A stretch of DNA of 63,029 nt, the filler included, from Octopus bimaculoides (lineage: Eukaryota): the NCBI RefSeq assembly GCF_001194135.2. It is 6 parts of 5 records of this genome, joined end to end, with 100 filler letters (N's around TTAATTAATTAA, not from the genome) between each part and the next. Parts side by side here need not be neighbours in the genome. Positions count along the whole stretch, not along the records: positions 41,328 to 61,912 come from NC_068999.1; positions 62,013 to 63,029 come from NC_068989.1; 4 more parts are not named here. One strand, 5' to 3'. The notes beneath the pieces are model-generated. The model saw only the letters and a list, made by a program, of their open reading frames with translations. It was not told the DNA's origin and searched no databases. Below, one piece after another: positions 61,637 through 63,029 of this stretch; position 1 is the stretch's first letter, and every line of letters begins with the position of its first letter. Both the position numbers and the translations under genes were made by a program.

Positions 61637-61819
61637 ACACAAGGCCTCACATCTGGGGGAAGGGATTAAGTCGATCACATGGTACTTATTTAATCGATCT
61701 CAAAAGGATGCAAGGCAAAGCCGAACTCGGCGGAATTTGAATTCAGAACGTAGCGGCAAACGAAATACCGTTTAAGCATTTCGCCCGGCGAACTAACGAT
61801 TTTGTCAGAACACCGCCTT
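61637..61819 (-). mobile_element. SINE family A
   Basis: GGCAAAGCCGAACTCGGCGGAATTTGAATTCAGAACGTAGCGGCAAACGAAATACCG...CACCGCCTT. Confidence 0.85.
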
Positions 61820-62012
61820 GATTGAACGCTAAAAAATAATAGCTTTTCGAACGCGACAACATTGTGGGGAGAAACTTTGGAAAAGACGAATGTGTTTCGT
61901 ATTTTATAAATANNNNNNNNNNNNNNNNNNNNNNNNNNNNNNNNNNNNNNNNNNNNTTAATTAATTAANNNNNNNNNNNNNNNNNNNNNNNNNNNNNNNN
62001 NNNNNNNNNNNN

Positions 62013-62420
62013 CCCGCATACGGTATTTACGTATTTGCGTATTCGTAAGTGTCTTGAAACTCCCGTTTAATGGTTTGCGAATTACGAGTACATCCAGAAA
62101 CAGAAGCGGAGCGATAGATTGACTGACAAAGAGAAAGAGAAAGAAAAAAGAAAAAGATGATTGAAATAAAGGAAGGCGGAGGAAGTAGTAGGAGATAAAA
62201 AAAACAGAGAACTAGTGAGAAGAGCTGCAGCAGCAACAGCAGCAGCAGCAACAACCGCAGCAACAGCAGCAGCAGTAAAACCCTTCAGAAGCGAGATTTT
62301 TCGGCAACGGAGAATTTGTTGGAAGAAAGAGCGAAGTAGGAGAATGTGATCAATGTCGGATGATATTAAACACAGGAAGTAGCGAAACTTCCGGTAGCGG
62401 AGTAGAGGGGGTAAGGTGGG
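62013..62420. promoter_or_regulatory. CpG-enriched, promoter/first-exon-like island with an inverted ETS-motif pair and CAG repeat
   Basis: Visibly more CpG than the surroundings, ACAGGAAGT-agcgaa-ACTTCCGGT at about 62372-62395, and CAG/CAA repeats at 62226-62275. Orientation unresolved. Confidence 0.3.
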
Positions 62421-63029
62421 AGGTATATGGATTGAAGCAATTTAAAGGGATTTCAAAGGGTTTGTTTAACAAGCCAACCCCTTACTTCTCCAGCACACTC
62501 CCCACTGCCCCCGTCTTTCTCAATCACCGAAATTTCTCGAAATCTTCAAGCAATACTGGCTACGTTTCTCTCGTCTCTCTCACACTTTCTCCCCTCCTCT
62601 CTCTCTCTCTCTCTCTCTCTCTTAAATTTTTCTTTGCATATATGTATATATATATATATATATACATATATATGTATATATGTGTGTGTGTGTATGTATA
62701 CATATACATAAGCGCGCGCGCATACACACATACACAGACATATGTACGTAAGAACGTGCGTACAGATATATACAAGCAAGACCTGTTCTCTTTTTCTGTC
62801 GTATATTAGAGGGTGTAAAAGTTTTTATATACATACATACATACATAACACGCATACCCACACACACATATACACACATACATACATACATAAACATACA
62901 TACATACATATACACACACAAAAATACTTTCATACACATGCATACATACATACATACATACATACATACATACATACATACACACATACATACTTACACA
63001 CACATACATATATACACACAAACATACAC

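Noticed and set aside
62020-62120. Minus-strand LFLDVLVIRKPLNGSFKT resembling the Penelope RT FLDV motif
   Set aside because: A single short motif without flanking RT similarity, which could be coincidence.

Overview
Eukaryotic, visibly AT-rich draft-assembly sequence with many N gaps, five of them carrying an artificial 44N-TTAATTAATTAA-44N linker. I recognise no intact host protein-coding gene, and nearly all ORFs in the supplied track are translations of microsatellites or gaps. The window is a transposon graveyard interleaved with very dense simple repeats. It holds four tRNA-derived SINE families (about 30 full or partial copies), fragments of RTE, R4/Dong, L1/Tx1 and Penelope-like retroelements, several Tc1/mariner elements (one near-complete DD37D copy) and MITEs. 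The SINE families and repeat load suggest a coleoid cephalopod, probably Octopus (inference from memory, not a search). The strongest signal not explained by ORFs is a set of minimal type-I hammerhead ribozyme motifs of the Penelope/retrozyme kind. Three well-formed loci lie at 16750-16790 (-), 35272-35328 (+, mirrored on -) and 48099-48143 (+), with further degenerate ones elsewhere. Two sit in or beside perfect fold-back palindromes, and two share a downstream CAGTGCGTGTGTTT motif. There is also a 144-bp inverted repeat joined to an unidentified decayed, apparently spliced ORF (47-945), plus a few weak candidate exons and promoter-like islands. All family assignments come from motifs read by eye and need database confirmation.
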